Assembly: GCA_963762555.1 (NCBI GenBank)
Contig: CAVXLO010000007.1
Span: 103,640-167,639, forward strand
DNA from: an uncultured Verrucomicrobiae bacterium
GTDB lineage: Bacteria; Verrucomicrobiota; Verrucomicrobiia; Limisphaerales; UBA8199
Direction of reading: 5' to 3'
Length of the DNA stretch: 64,000 bases
Below are positions 1 to 12,200 of the stretch, one piece after another. The notes under the pieces are model-generated. The model made no database searches and was not told the DNA's origin. It saw only the letters and a list, made by a program, of their open reading frames with translations. The stretch's first letter is position 1; every line of letters begins with the position of its first letter. A program made the position numbers and the translations under genes.

Positions 1-1228
1 GCGGGGCCGGGATTCGGGTCGGCCACGAGGGCCAGGATTCGCGCCGCGGGGGCCTGGCCGCGGAATTGGAGGGGGACGGCGGGCATGATTGAGCCGCGGG
101 CATTGGTGACCGTGGTGGACTCGAGGCCGCTGCCGGCGATGATGCCGGCGATGTGGGTGCCGTGGCCGTTGGCATCCACGCCGCCGCCCGGCGCATCGAA
201 CAGGACCCGGCCTTGCAGGTCAGGATGGTTCGCGTCCACACCGGAATCATTGACGTTGACGATGATATTGGTGCCGGTCAGGCCGAGGTAGTTCAGGGGC
301 GTGACGGTATCGGCGGCAACGGCGATGCGAGCGCGGCTCAAGTCATTGGCCAGCACGCGACGGTGGGTAAGCTCGATTTCCTGAACGCCGGGAAGGCCGG
401 CGAGCGCCGAGAGCATGGCACCGGCAGGCACCGCCGAAGATTGTCCTGGCCGCACTGTGAGCACCGGGCCAAAGGCAGACCTTTCTTCGCCGACCACCCG
501 CAGCCCGAGGCCGGTCAACTCCTTGCGCGCCGCGGTGCCGGCATCCGGGAAGAGCAACACGCTGAGCGCCTGGTCGTTCGGCAGGGGCTGTTGCTCGACC
601 GCCAGGGCCAGCAGCGGCCCCTTAAGCTTGAAGTACAGGCTCGTAGGGCACGACCGCCTGTGTCCCCGGTTCCGCCCCCAACCGTTCGGCGGCATCCTTC
701 GAAGCGCGGACCAGATAGGCCTGGTTGGGAATGTAGGCCACCACAACGGCCCCGGCGGCGCGCAGGCTGGCGCGAAACGCGTCATCGAGCGGCGCACGAG
801 ACTGAACGACGTAGGCGCCGGCATCGCCTTGAGCGCGCAGATGATCGGGGATCGCCAGGGCCACCGAGCGGCGTGGTGTCGAGCAGGGCGTTTTCGAGCA
901 GAAGGGCGGTAGGGCTATGGGCTAATTGGGCGAGAGGGGTGGTGGTATTGCTGAGGCGAAGAGCGAGGTCGGGCGTGACACTTGATGCGTGATGCGTAAT
1001 TGAAGCGGTGGCGGGCGCCGGGTTGGGGGTCGTGCCTTGACTCGGAAGCGGAACGGGCGACGGCAGACCGGCGCGTGATGACGGAGAGACACGGGACCAC
1101 GAATGAGGTTGCAGCAACGTGACGGTGCTCCGCTCGCCTGCCCACCTCTCCCCCATCCGCCAAACAAAGACGCCCGTGACCAAAAGCATCACGCTCATCA
1201 GTCGCCAGATCCAAGGCCGCGAGCGCAT
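1..1228 (-). CDS. S8 (subtilisin-like) serine peptidase, N-terminal part; runs off the window; paralog of the giant subtilase at 3235-13428
   Basis: N-terminus MRSRPWIWRLMSVMLLVTGVFVWRMGERW and segment LRLSNTTTPLAQLAHSPTALLLENALLDT match the 13428 protein; reverse strand of ~140-270 reads NIIVNVNDSGVDANHPDL (Asp motif) and DANGHGTHIAGIIAG (His motif); frameshifted. Confidence 0.88.
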
Positions 1229-1336
1229 AGCGCAATACAGGATAAAGCACCAACCCCATCAGTTGCCAGACAAAAGAATGCAATAATCCCGCGGCGTGCG
1301 CATCGCGACAATACCCCCAAGCGCCAGGCCCCAAAA

Positions 1337-1550
1337 GCCGAAACCCGAAGCCCGAAACCCGAAGGCCGAAAGAAGGCCGAAGTCCGAAACCCGAAGTCCG
1401 AAAAGCCGGCTCTCGCCCCTCTGCTAGCGCTGATTGAGCCGCTGCCGGCTGGCTCGCAGGCCCAGGCGCGGGGATGGAGCAGGTTCGCCTTTCGGATTTC
1501 GGACTTCGGCCTTCTTTCGGCCTTCGGGTTTCGGGCTTCGGGTTTCCGGC
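1337..1550. repeat. Inverted repeat built from CCGAARN-type heptamers around CCGAAGGCCGAAAGAAGGCCGAA; copy 1
   Basis: Left arm ~1337-1403 is the near reverse complement of right arm ~1490-1550; same family at 36831-37046. Confidence 0.85.
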
Positions 1551-1717
1551 CTGTGGCTGTCCGAAATGGTGGTACTAACAAGACGCGCCCCTCCGGAGCA
1601 GGATAGTTCTAACTGTGCCGGGAAATACCTCCGTAGCCGGACGCCTTCACGGAGCAGCTACTCTGGCTATTAGCGACCTGGCCGACAGCGCCCCGCGTGC
1701 TTCAACCGGAGGGGGGC

Positions 1718-2338
1718 TCAGCGGCGCTGATTACCCCGGCGGGCCGCCAGCAAGAAGCCGCCGAGACCCAGCAGCAGCCAGGAGGAGGGCTCGGGTACAC
1801 CGCCCGCGTCCTCGAAATTCGGGCCGACATACATCGAGCCGAACGTGCCGGACACTTCGGTGGGAAAGGTGAATCCGGCTGCGGAAACGGCCGTCGCACG
1901 CAAGGCAATGTCCGGCGACGCCGTAATGGTGCCTCCGGCGGCGACACCGGCCACGTTCACGCCCAGGGTGCCACTGGCGGAATAGACCCCCAGATGATAG
2001 ATCTGCGTCGGGTCCAGTGAAACCGGCGTGATGGATTCGTAGCGGCTCAGGTTAACCTGCGGACTGGTGGGGGTAATCACCTGAGAAGCCAGCAACACGC
2101 CGGTGTCATTCCATAAACCAACTTGGAGACTGGTCACGGTCGGGTTGTTGTCGAAGAGATTGGCAAAGCAACCCAGCTCGGTCGCCGTCAGGGTTGTAAC
2201 CGGCTGGAAGGTCCAGCCGGCGGTGGCGTTGACGAAGCTGCTGATGGAATTACCGTAGCCCAGGATGGCCTCGGTGGTGCCCTGAGCAAAAGTGGTCCAG
2301 GCCGCCCCGAGCGTCGCTAAAGCGAGCAGAATCTTCAT
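1718..2338 (-). CDS. PEP-CTERM sorting-domain protein with a small beta-rich (DUF4082-like) domain
   Basis: Signal peptide MKILLALATLGAAWTTFA; C-terminus VPEPSSWLLLGLGGFLLAARR (PEP motif, hydrophobic helix, basic tail). Confidence 0.9.
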   Translation of the reverse strand: MKILLALATLGAAWTTFAQGTTEAILGYGNSISSFVNATAGWTFQPVTTLTATELGCFANLFDNNPTVTSLQVGLWNDTGVLLASQVITPTSPQVNLSRYESITPVSLDPTQIYHLGVYSASGTLGVNVAGVAAGGTITASPDIALRATAVSAAGFTFPTEVSGTFGSMYVGPNFEDAGGVPEPSSWLLLGLGGFLLAARRGNQRR

Positions 2339-2408
2339 AGTTCCTTTCTGTTATTATTAACCCGCCCCAATTATGGCTTGGCACCCGCAGGTCTGCAAGT
2401 AAAAAACT

Positions 2409-3159
2409 CTACTGCACCAGGCGGTAATACTTCGGGCCGGACCCGATCGAGCCCAACGCTACGAACTCATCGCCCACGGTGCTCACCGAGAGGCCCGCAT
2501 CGGTCCATGTGCCGGTGAGCCCGACCTCCGATTGCAGGGTGTAGCCAGGATACGCGCGTGGGCCACGAGAGGCGGACCTGGTTGCCCGTGACAGAGCTCG
2601 ATGCTGAGCCTGGGCCGGGACTCGAACTGAAAGTTTGGGCCGGCATAAAACGAGCCGGACGTGCCAGATAATTCCGCAGGGGAGGCGAACCCGCCGCTGG
2701 CCAAGCGGCCATCGCGCGCAACTGCACCTCCGGCGCGCGTCCCGACCGTCCCTCCCGCCGCCAGCACCGGCCACACCGACACCGATGATGCCACCCGGGT
2801 AATAGACCCCGAGATGATAGATTTGGCCGGGGACCAGGCTGAGCCGGGTGATGGGTTCATAGCGGGTCTGGTCGAACAGAGCTGCTGGCCGGGGTGACGG
2901 ACGTGGAGGCCAGCAGCGCGCCGGTGTCATCCCACAACCCAACCTGGACGTGCCGTTACGCGCCGGGTTGTCGTCGAAGACTTTGGCGAAGCAGCCCAGT
3001 TCGGTCACGGTGAGGGCCCGGGTGGTCTGGAAAGTCCAGCCGGCCGTTGCGTCCACGAATCCGCTGATGTTGTTGGTGTAACCCAGGATGGCTTCCGAAG
3101 CCCCCTGGGCCAAGGCGTGCAGGTGCCGCCAGCACGGCTATCGAAAACAAGCACTTCAT
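2409..3159 (-). CDS. Secreted protein paralogous to 1718-2338 but ending in a ~65-aa YYRL domain instead of PEP-CTERM
   Basis: MKCLFSIAVLAA signal; AQGASEAILGYTNNISGFVDATAGWTFQ matches AQGTTEAILGYGNSISSFVNATAGWTFQ; tail QVRLSW..YPGYTLQSEVGLTGTWTDAG...GPKYYRLVQ; frameshifted. Confidence 0.85.
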
Positions 3160-3234
3160 AGTTTCTTCGGTGTTACTACACGCCGCGCATCGCAGTCCCA
3201 TGTTCCCGGGCGCGAGGCGCACGGGCGAAAAGTC

Positions 3235-6200
3235 TTACTTGATCAGCCGGTAGTATTTCGGTTCGGGGCCGATGGTGTCGAAGGCAACGTATTCATTGCC
3301 GACGAGGTTCACCGGGAGGCCGGCATCGGCCCACGTGCCAGTCAAGCCGATCTCGGATTGCAGGGTATAGCCGGGGTAAACGGTGGACCAGGAGAGCCGG
3401 ACCTGGTTGGTGGACCACAGCTCGATATGGAGCATGGGCCGGTCCGAGAACACCTGGACAACCTGGTAGAAGGCGGGGAGGTTGGGAACCGGCAGGACCT
3501 CAAAGGTTGTCAACGGCGTGGTGGCGACCACAAAACCGATGTTGGTCCAGACAATCGGAGTCGCGAGGCTGGCGGTGTATTGCACGAGGTAGCTCTCGCC
3601 CGCGACTGAGTTCCAACTCAGCAACAGCCCATGCGGCGCGCTGAGCGGGGTCTGCCTCATCGCCTGCGGTTGAGCGCTCAGGAGCAGACGGTCGCGGTTG
3701 GGCAGCACGGCCCGGATGGTGTAGGTGACGTTCGACAGCTCATTATTATAGACTCCCAGATACCAGTGACCGCGCAGGTCGGGCGTATCCCCGTTGGTCC
3801 GCACGACTATTTGCTCGGGCGTAGTGCCAACGGCGAAGCTGCCGTCGAAGTAAGGCGCCATGGTCGGGGGCACAGATTGCTGGAGCACAAGGTCGGCGTC
3901 CCCTGACAGGTTGTAGAGTTCAAACAGCACCCCGGGCACGGAATAGGGGACGAGGAAGTCGTAGAACAGCCGCCGCGGCGGGCCGGGCGGGGCGGCGAAC
4001 GGGCTGGTGAGCGAGGACACAGTGAAGGGGATCCCATTGGTTAGCGGGATGATCAATGGATAGGCCGTGTCCAAACAGGCTTGCACCGCGAATGGGACGT
4101 TGGTGGCAGTGCTGTTGAAGATCCCGATGTACCACCGGTTGGTCTGGATCGGGAACGGCGTCGAATTGGTCACCAGCATGACGATTTCATCATTCGTGCA
4201 GGGCTGCTGGCTGATGTAGTCGTAGTGGTTAAGGTCCGGCAGCGGCAGGTGCTGGCTCACCACCAGGGTCAGGTTGCTCCGGGCCCGTGAGAGCCAAAGC
4301 GAAACAGCCTGGGCCGGCAGGTCGGCCGGCTGCCCGTTGGTCGGGACATCGAACTGGAAGTAGCGCGGAATGCCGGCCGGTCCGACAAAGTTAGTAGTCA
4401 CCTGGCAGTTGGCCAGCGTCTGGATGTCAAACCAGACCCCCAGCGCAAAGGTCACACCCACCGGGTTGGGATTGGTCACCGCCAGATAATAAGGCTGGCC
4501 GTTAGTCAGCGCCGGCACGCCGTTGGTCGTGAGAATATTCGTGCCGCTCGGCACCAGCGGACCGATAAGCGCCTGGTCAGCCGGCCCGGGATAGTTGGTC
4601 TGGTTAAAGAGCACGGTGATGGGCAGAGGCGTGGTCGTGTGCCCCCGGTCGGCGAATTGCAGGACGTTGGTAGCCCGCGCAGCCCATTGCGGCACCGGCA
4701 CGACGAAGTACTGCACGCCGTAAGCCGCCAGCGAATTGGTGTAGGTAATGCCGTGGCTCAGGGTGATAACCGGCGGCGGGTTGCTGGGGGCGAGTTCGAA
4801 GTTCAGCTCCCAATCCAGCAGCGCCGCGTTGTTGGTGTCCAGTCCCACACGGTTGTCCCAGATTTCGAGCGTCCAGATGCCGTAGGTATCCTCGCCGTAG
4901 AGATCGGATAGCGGCACTTCCGGCAGATAGTACAGCTCGGGCGCCACCTCGGTCAGGGTGATGCCGTCCACGAGTGTGCCGGGCAAGAGACTCTGGAGCG
5001 TCACGACGGCGTTGGTGTCGAGAGCGGTGAACTCGACGGTGTGGAGGGTCCATTGCGAGTTATCCCCATACACATCGCCCAGCGATGCGCCGTCCACGTT
5101 GACATTCAGTTTGGCCAGGCTTTGGGCCGGCGGGGCGGCAAAGTCGGCCTTCCCGCTGCGGCCGGCGGCGGCGATAGCCGCGATCTCGGGGCCGGTCAGG
5201 GCGCGGGCGTAAGCGGTGACCTCGTCCATGAACCCGGCGAACGGCTGGGTCCAGTCAAAGCGGCTCCGGTCGCCGATGGCGACGCCCGGGCTGAGCGCCG
5301 GGTCGAGGTCCTGGTAAGGCGAGAGCCGGGTGTAATTGCTGGCGACGCACACGCCGTCCAGGTAAAGCCGCATGGCATTGGTGGTAAACGTAATAACGTT
5401 CGTCCCGTTGGTGCCGACCACAATGTTAGTGAACGGCTTGTCGAAAACCGCCGCGATGTGCCACCACCCGCCGTTGGAGCCTCCGCCGAGCTGGACGGGG
5501 GCGTTGGTCGTGAGGACGTCCGCCCCCAAGGTGCCCACGTGGGCATCGGCGATATGGAAGTGCAGGTCGTAGCGAGTCCGGACAGCCGACGGCTCCAGCG
5601 CCAGCCAATAAGGATCACCTGTGCCATTGCAGTTGAGCGGTTCCGGGTAGCCGCGGAAGAAGATTTGCTCTGTGCCCGCACACGGTTTCCTCGTTGGTGT
5701 TGAGGATCGGCTTGATCCAGCCTTCGATGGTAAAGGCATTGGTGAATTGGAGCTGCGGCGGGTCGCCGAGCTCGATCTTGCTGGAGGGATCGTCAATGTC
5801 CTCCGGGAAGATGTCCGGGTCCTGGTCCGGCGGAGGCTCGAACTGCCCGCTGAAGAAGAATCCCTGGTCGCCAACAAAGCCGGGCGCCGACGTATTGGTG
5901 GCGCCGTTGAGGAAGGCGCCGTTGTTGCCGCTGATGAGGTCCTGGGCGCGCTGGCTCAGCGGTTCGACGCGGCCATCCCACCAACCGACCGCGCACGGGC
6001 CGCGGAGGTTGTAGCTGAGTTGGTAGCGGTGGCCGGGAGCGGTGGGCAGGAGGCACTGCACGGCGCCCGTGGCCATCGCCAGGTAGTTCGTGGCGACCGC
6101 ATCGAAGAAGGCGTTGCTCACGACGGTGACCTGCCCCTGGCTGACGGTCCAGTCGCGGGTGCCGATACCCGGGCTGTTGGGCATGCCCGGGATCGTGCCG

Positions 6201-9200
6201 CCGACACTATAAAGCGCGGCAAAGCGGCGCCGAAGCCGTTCGAGAAGACGAGAACCGGCGGGAAGTTCGTGGCGGTGTAAGGCGTGGGCGCAAACTTGAT
6301 CGGCAGGGTCGCCAGGTTGGTGTCCTCCGTGAAATGCAGCAGGCCGTTGATGGAATTGGTCACCAGCGTCGAGAGCACGAAGTCATCCACCATCGCATTC
6401 AGGTTGTTGGGCGCGTTGGTATCGCCGCGCTGTATGGATCCAGTCCGCGGACGATAATGGGAGTCGCGTTGGTGGAGCTGGTGAACGAGATCGTGTTGGT
6501 TTCCCACTGCGGCCCGTTGTTGGTCCAGGTGAGGCCGTTGGTGAAGGTGAAGATCTGGGTCCCGGCAGTGGGATCGGAGAGGGTGACCTCGGTGGCCACC
6601 GGGCAGATCAGCACGTTGGTGCCGTATTTGCCCCGGCTGCCGGCATTGTAGATGGCATTGACCTCGCAGGGAGAGAGGGCGCGCTGATACACGCTGAACT
6701 CATCCAGGCCGCCGGTAAAAGAGGTGCCGAGCGTGGGGCCGCCGAAGGTCCAACTCAGGATATCCTGGTCTCGCAGTGCATTCGCCACTATACGAGCCCG
6801 AACCCAACCCAGCCGTAGCCGTTGCTGTCAGTGGCCATCTTGAGGCCCGGCAGCCAGACATTGGTAATCACTTGGATGCCGTCCAGCCATACGTTGAAGG
6901 CATCGCCGTCGTAGATGGCTCGGACGGTGTGGATGTTTCCATCCTTGAGTATAATCCCCTTGGAAGTCAAGTCCGTTTGCGGTCCCACATTAACGTTATT
7001 CGTCACGATGACGATGGAATTGCTTTTGTCGCCGGGCGGTGGGTTGCCCCTGCAATCGAGGAAGATGCTGACGTAGTTGACCCCGCCGGAGTAATTGCCA
7101 TAAGTGGTATCGGAAGTCGGTGAATCATTCTGCACAGTGAACCAGATTTCATCTCCACTACAGCCCGACGGCGACCCTCCCCAGGTTGGTCCACCGGCAC
7201 TGGTAGGTCGTAGTGAATCCAGAGGCGCAGTGTTGTTTAGCCTGGTACCACGCGTTCCCCCATACCTGGTAGGCCGCCGGCGCAAGCCGCAAAACGTTGC
7301 CGACCTGGGTAGCGGTCCCGATAAGATTCAGCCCGGCGACGGAACTGAAAGTCGGGGTAGTTAATCGGCGGCGGGCTGACGGTCGGGTCAAACCCAAGAT
7401 AGAAATCGCTGGAGGTGCGCGGAATGAAGTTGGTGGCGAACCGCATCGTGGCGGCCGCCTGGCCGTTAGTGTAGAGGACAGCCGTATTGTTATTGGTCGC
7501 GTAAGTCAGGGCGACGTGCTGCCAGCCGTCGTTGGTGATGACCATCGGCGGTGTCGCGATCACATGGGCCTGGCCATTGGTGTCCCAGAGGATTGCGCTG
7601 AGCGAGGCGAGGCCGTTGGTCAGGCCGACCCACAACTGGACACCCTTCGGGGAAACGTTGGTCGGGGCGGCAGAATCATACCATTCGGCCACCGGCTCGG
7701 CGGTGTTGGTGTCCGCGGGGTTGATCCACCCTTCGATGCTGAACCCGCGCCCTTGGCCCACATCCAGCGCGGGACAGCGCGGGCACGATCATGCGCGTGG
7801 CCACGCCGTCGCCGTAGAAGGCCTGGTTGACTTCGCCGGATTGGCCGGTCGTCAGTTTGGCATAGTCCACCGCCACATCCACCGGGGTCGCTCCCGCGCC
7901 CGCCGGAGCGAATTGGGCCAGAACAATCCGGAAACCCGAACTGAATGTCGCAGCCCCATGGCCGAAGGACGCACGCAGCCAACTCTGCTGCCATCATCGC
8001 TCAACAGCGATGCGCGCACCCCCTGGTTGGCCGGGGCGCTGAGCACCAGCCGATACCAGGTGTTGGTCTGGAAGGTGAACGGCAGCGAATAGTAGGCATT
8101 GTCAATGCTGCTCCCCGCCAACAGCGCCTGGGAAGCGCCGGTAGCGCTCACGAAGGGCGACACCATGTAGTAGCGATTGGTGTTGGCCGCGTCCAGAATC
8201 CAGAGTTCAAGGAAGCCGCCCGTGCTGACGCCGGCCCCCTGGTTCAGCGTGTTGAAGCGCACCTCGTAACGGAAGTCCTTGGCATGGAAGACGGTGGCCG
8301 AACTCCAGCCCTTGCGTGTGCCCCCATTGAGGGTGTTGGACAGACGCAAGATGGTGTTCGTGCCCAGCGCACCGAAGCTGTAACCGGGAGTGCCGGCGTA
8401 GGTCTCAAGCGGTGTCGCGGCGCCCCCGGTTCCAGCATTCGGCAACCCGGCCTGCCACATTGGATCCAGGGGTCCATCAAACCCGTCGGTGAACAGATTG
8501 GTGGCACCGGTCGAGAACGTCACATCCCCCAGCAGCAGCCCGTTCAGGCCGCCGAAGATGTCCGAACCGTCCACATCGAGCGGCCACCAGGTAACCATGC
8601 CCTCCAGCCACGGCAGATGATTGACCCGGTAGGTCAGCGTGTAGGGATTCGGGTTGGGGTACGAGAGCAGGTTGGTCGTTGGCAGCGAGTTGGAAACCGC
8701 GCCGCCCAGCAGACCCAGCACGTGGTTGCTCAAGCACAGGCAAGTGTAGTCGTCCAGCACATCCACGAAGTTGCTGAGCACCTCCAGCCCTGGAACGTCG
8801 TGCCGGGCGAGTAAAGCCCCACCGGGGCGTTATTGAAGTTGTTCGTATAAACCGGCGCCATGTTCGTCACCACCGCGAGATTAAACGTGCCGATGCCCAG
8901 GCCGTTGGTCGTCGCCGCCCCGCGGTTCTCGAACAGCAGAACGCGCGTCCCGTTCGGGCTGATGAGCGTGATCGCCAGGTCGGAAACGCGCGGGTCGTTG
9001 AGCAGCAGCCCCACATCCAGCGAGGAGATGATCGCATGAAGGTTGTTGGTCAGGTAGATATCGGTAACCGAGTCATCGAGCGATCGGCACGGGCGCCGGA
9101 ATGGCCTCGGACACCACCGGCCGGAGGGTGTTCCAAGGAGTAGCCGAAGATTGCCCGGATATTCACTTTGATTGCGTTGACCGGGTCCAGATTGCATGTA

Positions 9201-12200
9201 TGGACCCGGTACGTGCCAACCTGCAAGGGCGGCACATCGGTCAGGTCAATCGTCACCGCCCCGCCAATCTCGTTGGACACGACCGTGCTCTTGCACGGAC
9301 CTCCGCTGAGGGGGCACACGTCTATCGAGAAGTTAACGGGAGCCGAGGCGAACACCACCGTGGTGGTGATTGTCAAACTGGTCGCGTTCGGCGGCACGTC
9401 AAGGTAATCGTTGCGGCAGGCGCCGCCCAGGATGGTCGCCGTGACACCATTGCCCGTCAGGTCGGGTTGGCGTTCGAGGAAAATCCCCAGGCTGATGTTG
9501 GTGCCGACGTGATTGGTGGCATTATCCACCATACTCAGAAAATACGGACCGATCCCGTCCTTGCCGGCGAAACTCAGCAGACTGCCGGGGCCATCCACGT
9601 GCTGGACGTGCGGGTTGATCAGATTTGGCCCTGGCCCCACGTTTTTCTCGTCGCTGTCATCGTACACATAGCTCGTGTAGGTCTGACACGCCAGCGTGAT
9701 GGGATCGCTAATGCAGGTGTGGTTATTGAGCACGGCGAAATCCGACCCATGACTGAAGTTGCCCAGCAAGTCGCTGATCAACTCATGGTTGATGATGTTG
9801 GTCACGATGACCCGCCGCACCTTGATGTCTGGACACATTGATGCCAATGATGGTCGCAACCCCCGGCATCTGCGGCGACCCGTCCGGGATCGGCGCCATG
9901 GTCGGGATGCCGATCAGGTGAGACGCCCTGTTCGTCCATGTCCCCAAACGGGTTCCGGCTGAATACGCCCAGGATTGCGTACTCGGCGGCCTGCTGGTCT
10001 TCGGATTTCACGCCGACGTAATACACTCCCGCCGGCATGGCGTTGGAATAGACGATCGTCTCAGTGCCGCCGCGGCAGCAGCGACTTGCCGGCGGCGTTC
10101 ACCACTGCCGGATCGAGGTTCGTCAGCGCGGAATTGTTGGGGATGGTCGGCGGCGCGACATACAGGTCTATGTCCGCTTCCGGACGCGTCGCCAGGTCCG
10201 CGCTCGGCTCGAACACCCCCATGCGCGGCACCGACAGGTTCGTGGGCAGGAAGGTCAGGAACGCGGCATTCGTGTAGTCCGTGTCGTTGGTAATGACGTA
10301 GAAATGCCATTGGTTGGTCACGCCCAGGGTGACCACGCCGTTGGCGTCATTGGCCAGTGTGAGGGTATTGGTGCCCAGCAATTGCGGGTTGGCGCCCGAC
10401 TCGCTGGTTGAACAGTATGCCGCCGGAGTAGCCCGGGGAATTGACAAAGCTGTTGGTGATGACCGTGACCAACGTCACATTGCTGGAAACGATCGGCGCG
10501 CTGCTGTCCAACGATAATGGCATTGGTCACCAGCCCATCGCCGCTGGAGATCACCAGCGCGTAATCCTGGCAGATGTTGTTGGTTTGCGCCGTGACCGCG
10601 TTGACGTTCACCCGCCGGGCCACAACGGTCACCGAATAATTGGTGCTCAGCCGGGAATTGATGCCCAGCGTCGGCGAGAGGAAGACGTTCTCGACGTTGT
10701 TCACCACATCCTCGTTGGGCACCGTGTTGGTATCCCAGGGCCTGGTTGAAGTCGTTGCCGGCCGCGATGTCGTTGCCGAAATAGACCAGGTTCGTGTTGT
10801 CGAGGTTGGTGACCACCAAATCCAGGTCGTTGACCAGCTTGACGCTGGCGATGGGATTGCCGGGCGGGTCGGTCCAGACCAGCGTGAAGCGCAGCGGCTG
10901 GCTCGGCGCGCCCGCGGACGAGGGATACCTTGTAGGTGCGGCTTTGGCCCGGTGGCCAGCGCATTGGTCGGGCTCTGGTCCACCATGACCATCGAATTGG
11001 TCGCTCGCTGTTGTTGGTCAGCGAACCCGGCAGCGTCGCGGGCAGATTGATCACACCCCAGCCCTGGGAAATAACGTCGGCGGTTGTGTGAAAATCATAG
11101 AGGTTGCCCACCGAGCGGGCGCCGTTGATCAACAGCGCCTTCATGAGCGCGGGGCTGTTGGTGCGGCCCAGGCGCTGCTCGAAGAACTCCTGCATCAGGG
11201 CGAGCGTGCCCGAGACATCGGCGGCCGCCATGCTCGTGCCCGATTCATAGCGATAATACGGCCCGAGCGAGTCGTTGATCACCGCCCAGCACCTGGAGGT
11301 AGTTGCCCAGGTCGTTGGTGACCACAATATCGGTCAATAGATCGCATACCACATCCCGGTTGGTAGGGTTGCCGATGCCGTAATACCAGTATGCGTTAAC
11401 CGGGTCGAGGGTGCTGTAATCGCCATCCGGCGGCACAAAAACCTCGTTGGTGCCAACAATGGGATCGGTATTGGTCGGGTAGCCCGTTGGCTGCACATAG
11501 ATTGGGCACTTGGGGAACGGGACCGGCGAATTCGTGTTCGGCAGCAGTTGCAGGTGAAGCTGGACAGCGTTGGCCGGCACGAAGATCGAGTCCAGGTACA
11601 GCATGTTCGTGGGAATGATGATGTCCCGATACAGGAAGTAGTGGTGGCTGGTGGGGTTGTAATAGGCGTTGGTATCCCACTGCCCCGAACGCGTGGAGAT
11701 GACGAAAGTGCCGGGCGCCACCACGTCGGGCTTGAACCGGCCATGGTCGCCCTCGATGCCGACCCCCACTGGACCGCGGCTGGAGAAGCTGGCGACCTGG
11801 TCGTTGGCGTCCGTCATGGCCAGCCACGGCTGGTTGGTGCTGCAGTTGGTCGTCGCACCCAGAGTCGGGCACTTCCACACCTGGTTGGTGATGTTGCGCA
11901 GCAGTTCAATCGCCCCCACCGTAATGACATTCTTGGCCGTGCCCGGTGACTCGATCGAGTCCGGGTTGCCCGCGGTGCCGTTATCGGTTCCCCCGCCCGC
12001 ATTGCCCGCCGACACCACCACCAGCAGCGGCTGCGAGCCGGGCACCGTCGGCAGCGCGTCGCGCACCGCGGCATCATAGCTGGCGGCATGAATATCGTAC
12101 GTCTGGGAATCCGGGCCGACGTAGTTCCAGCTATTGTTGGAAATGAAGGCGTTGGTCCGGGCCGCCGCCTGCTGCAGATCGCCGTCGGAGGGCCAACTCA

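Noticed and set aside
2409-3440. Duplicated C-terminal segments as a DGR template/variable repeat pair
   Set aside because: Differences are spread over all bases and often synonymous, both copies are coding, and no reverse transcriptase is present
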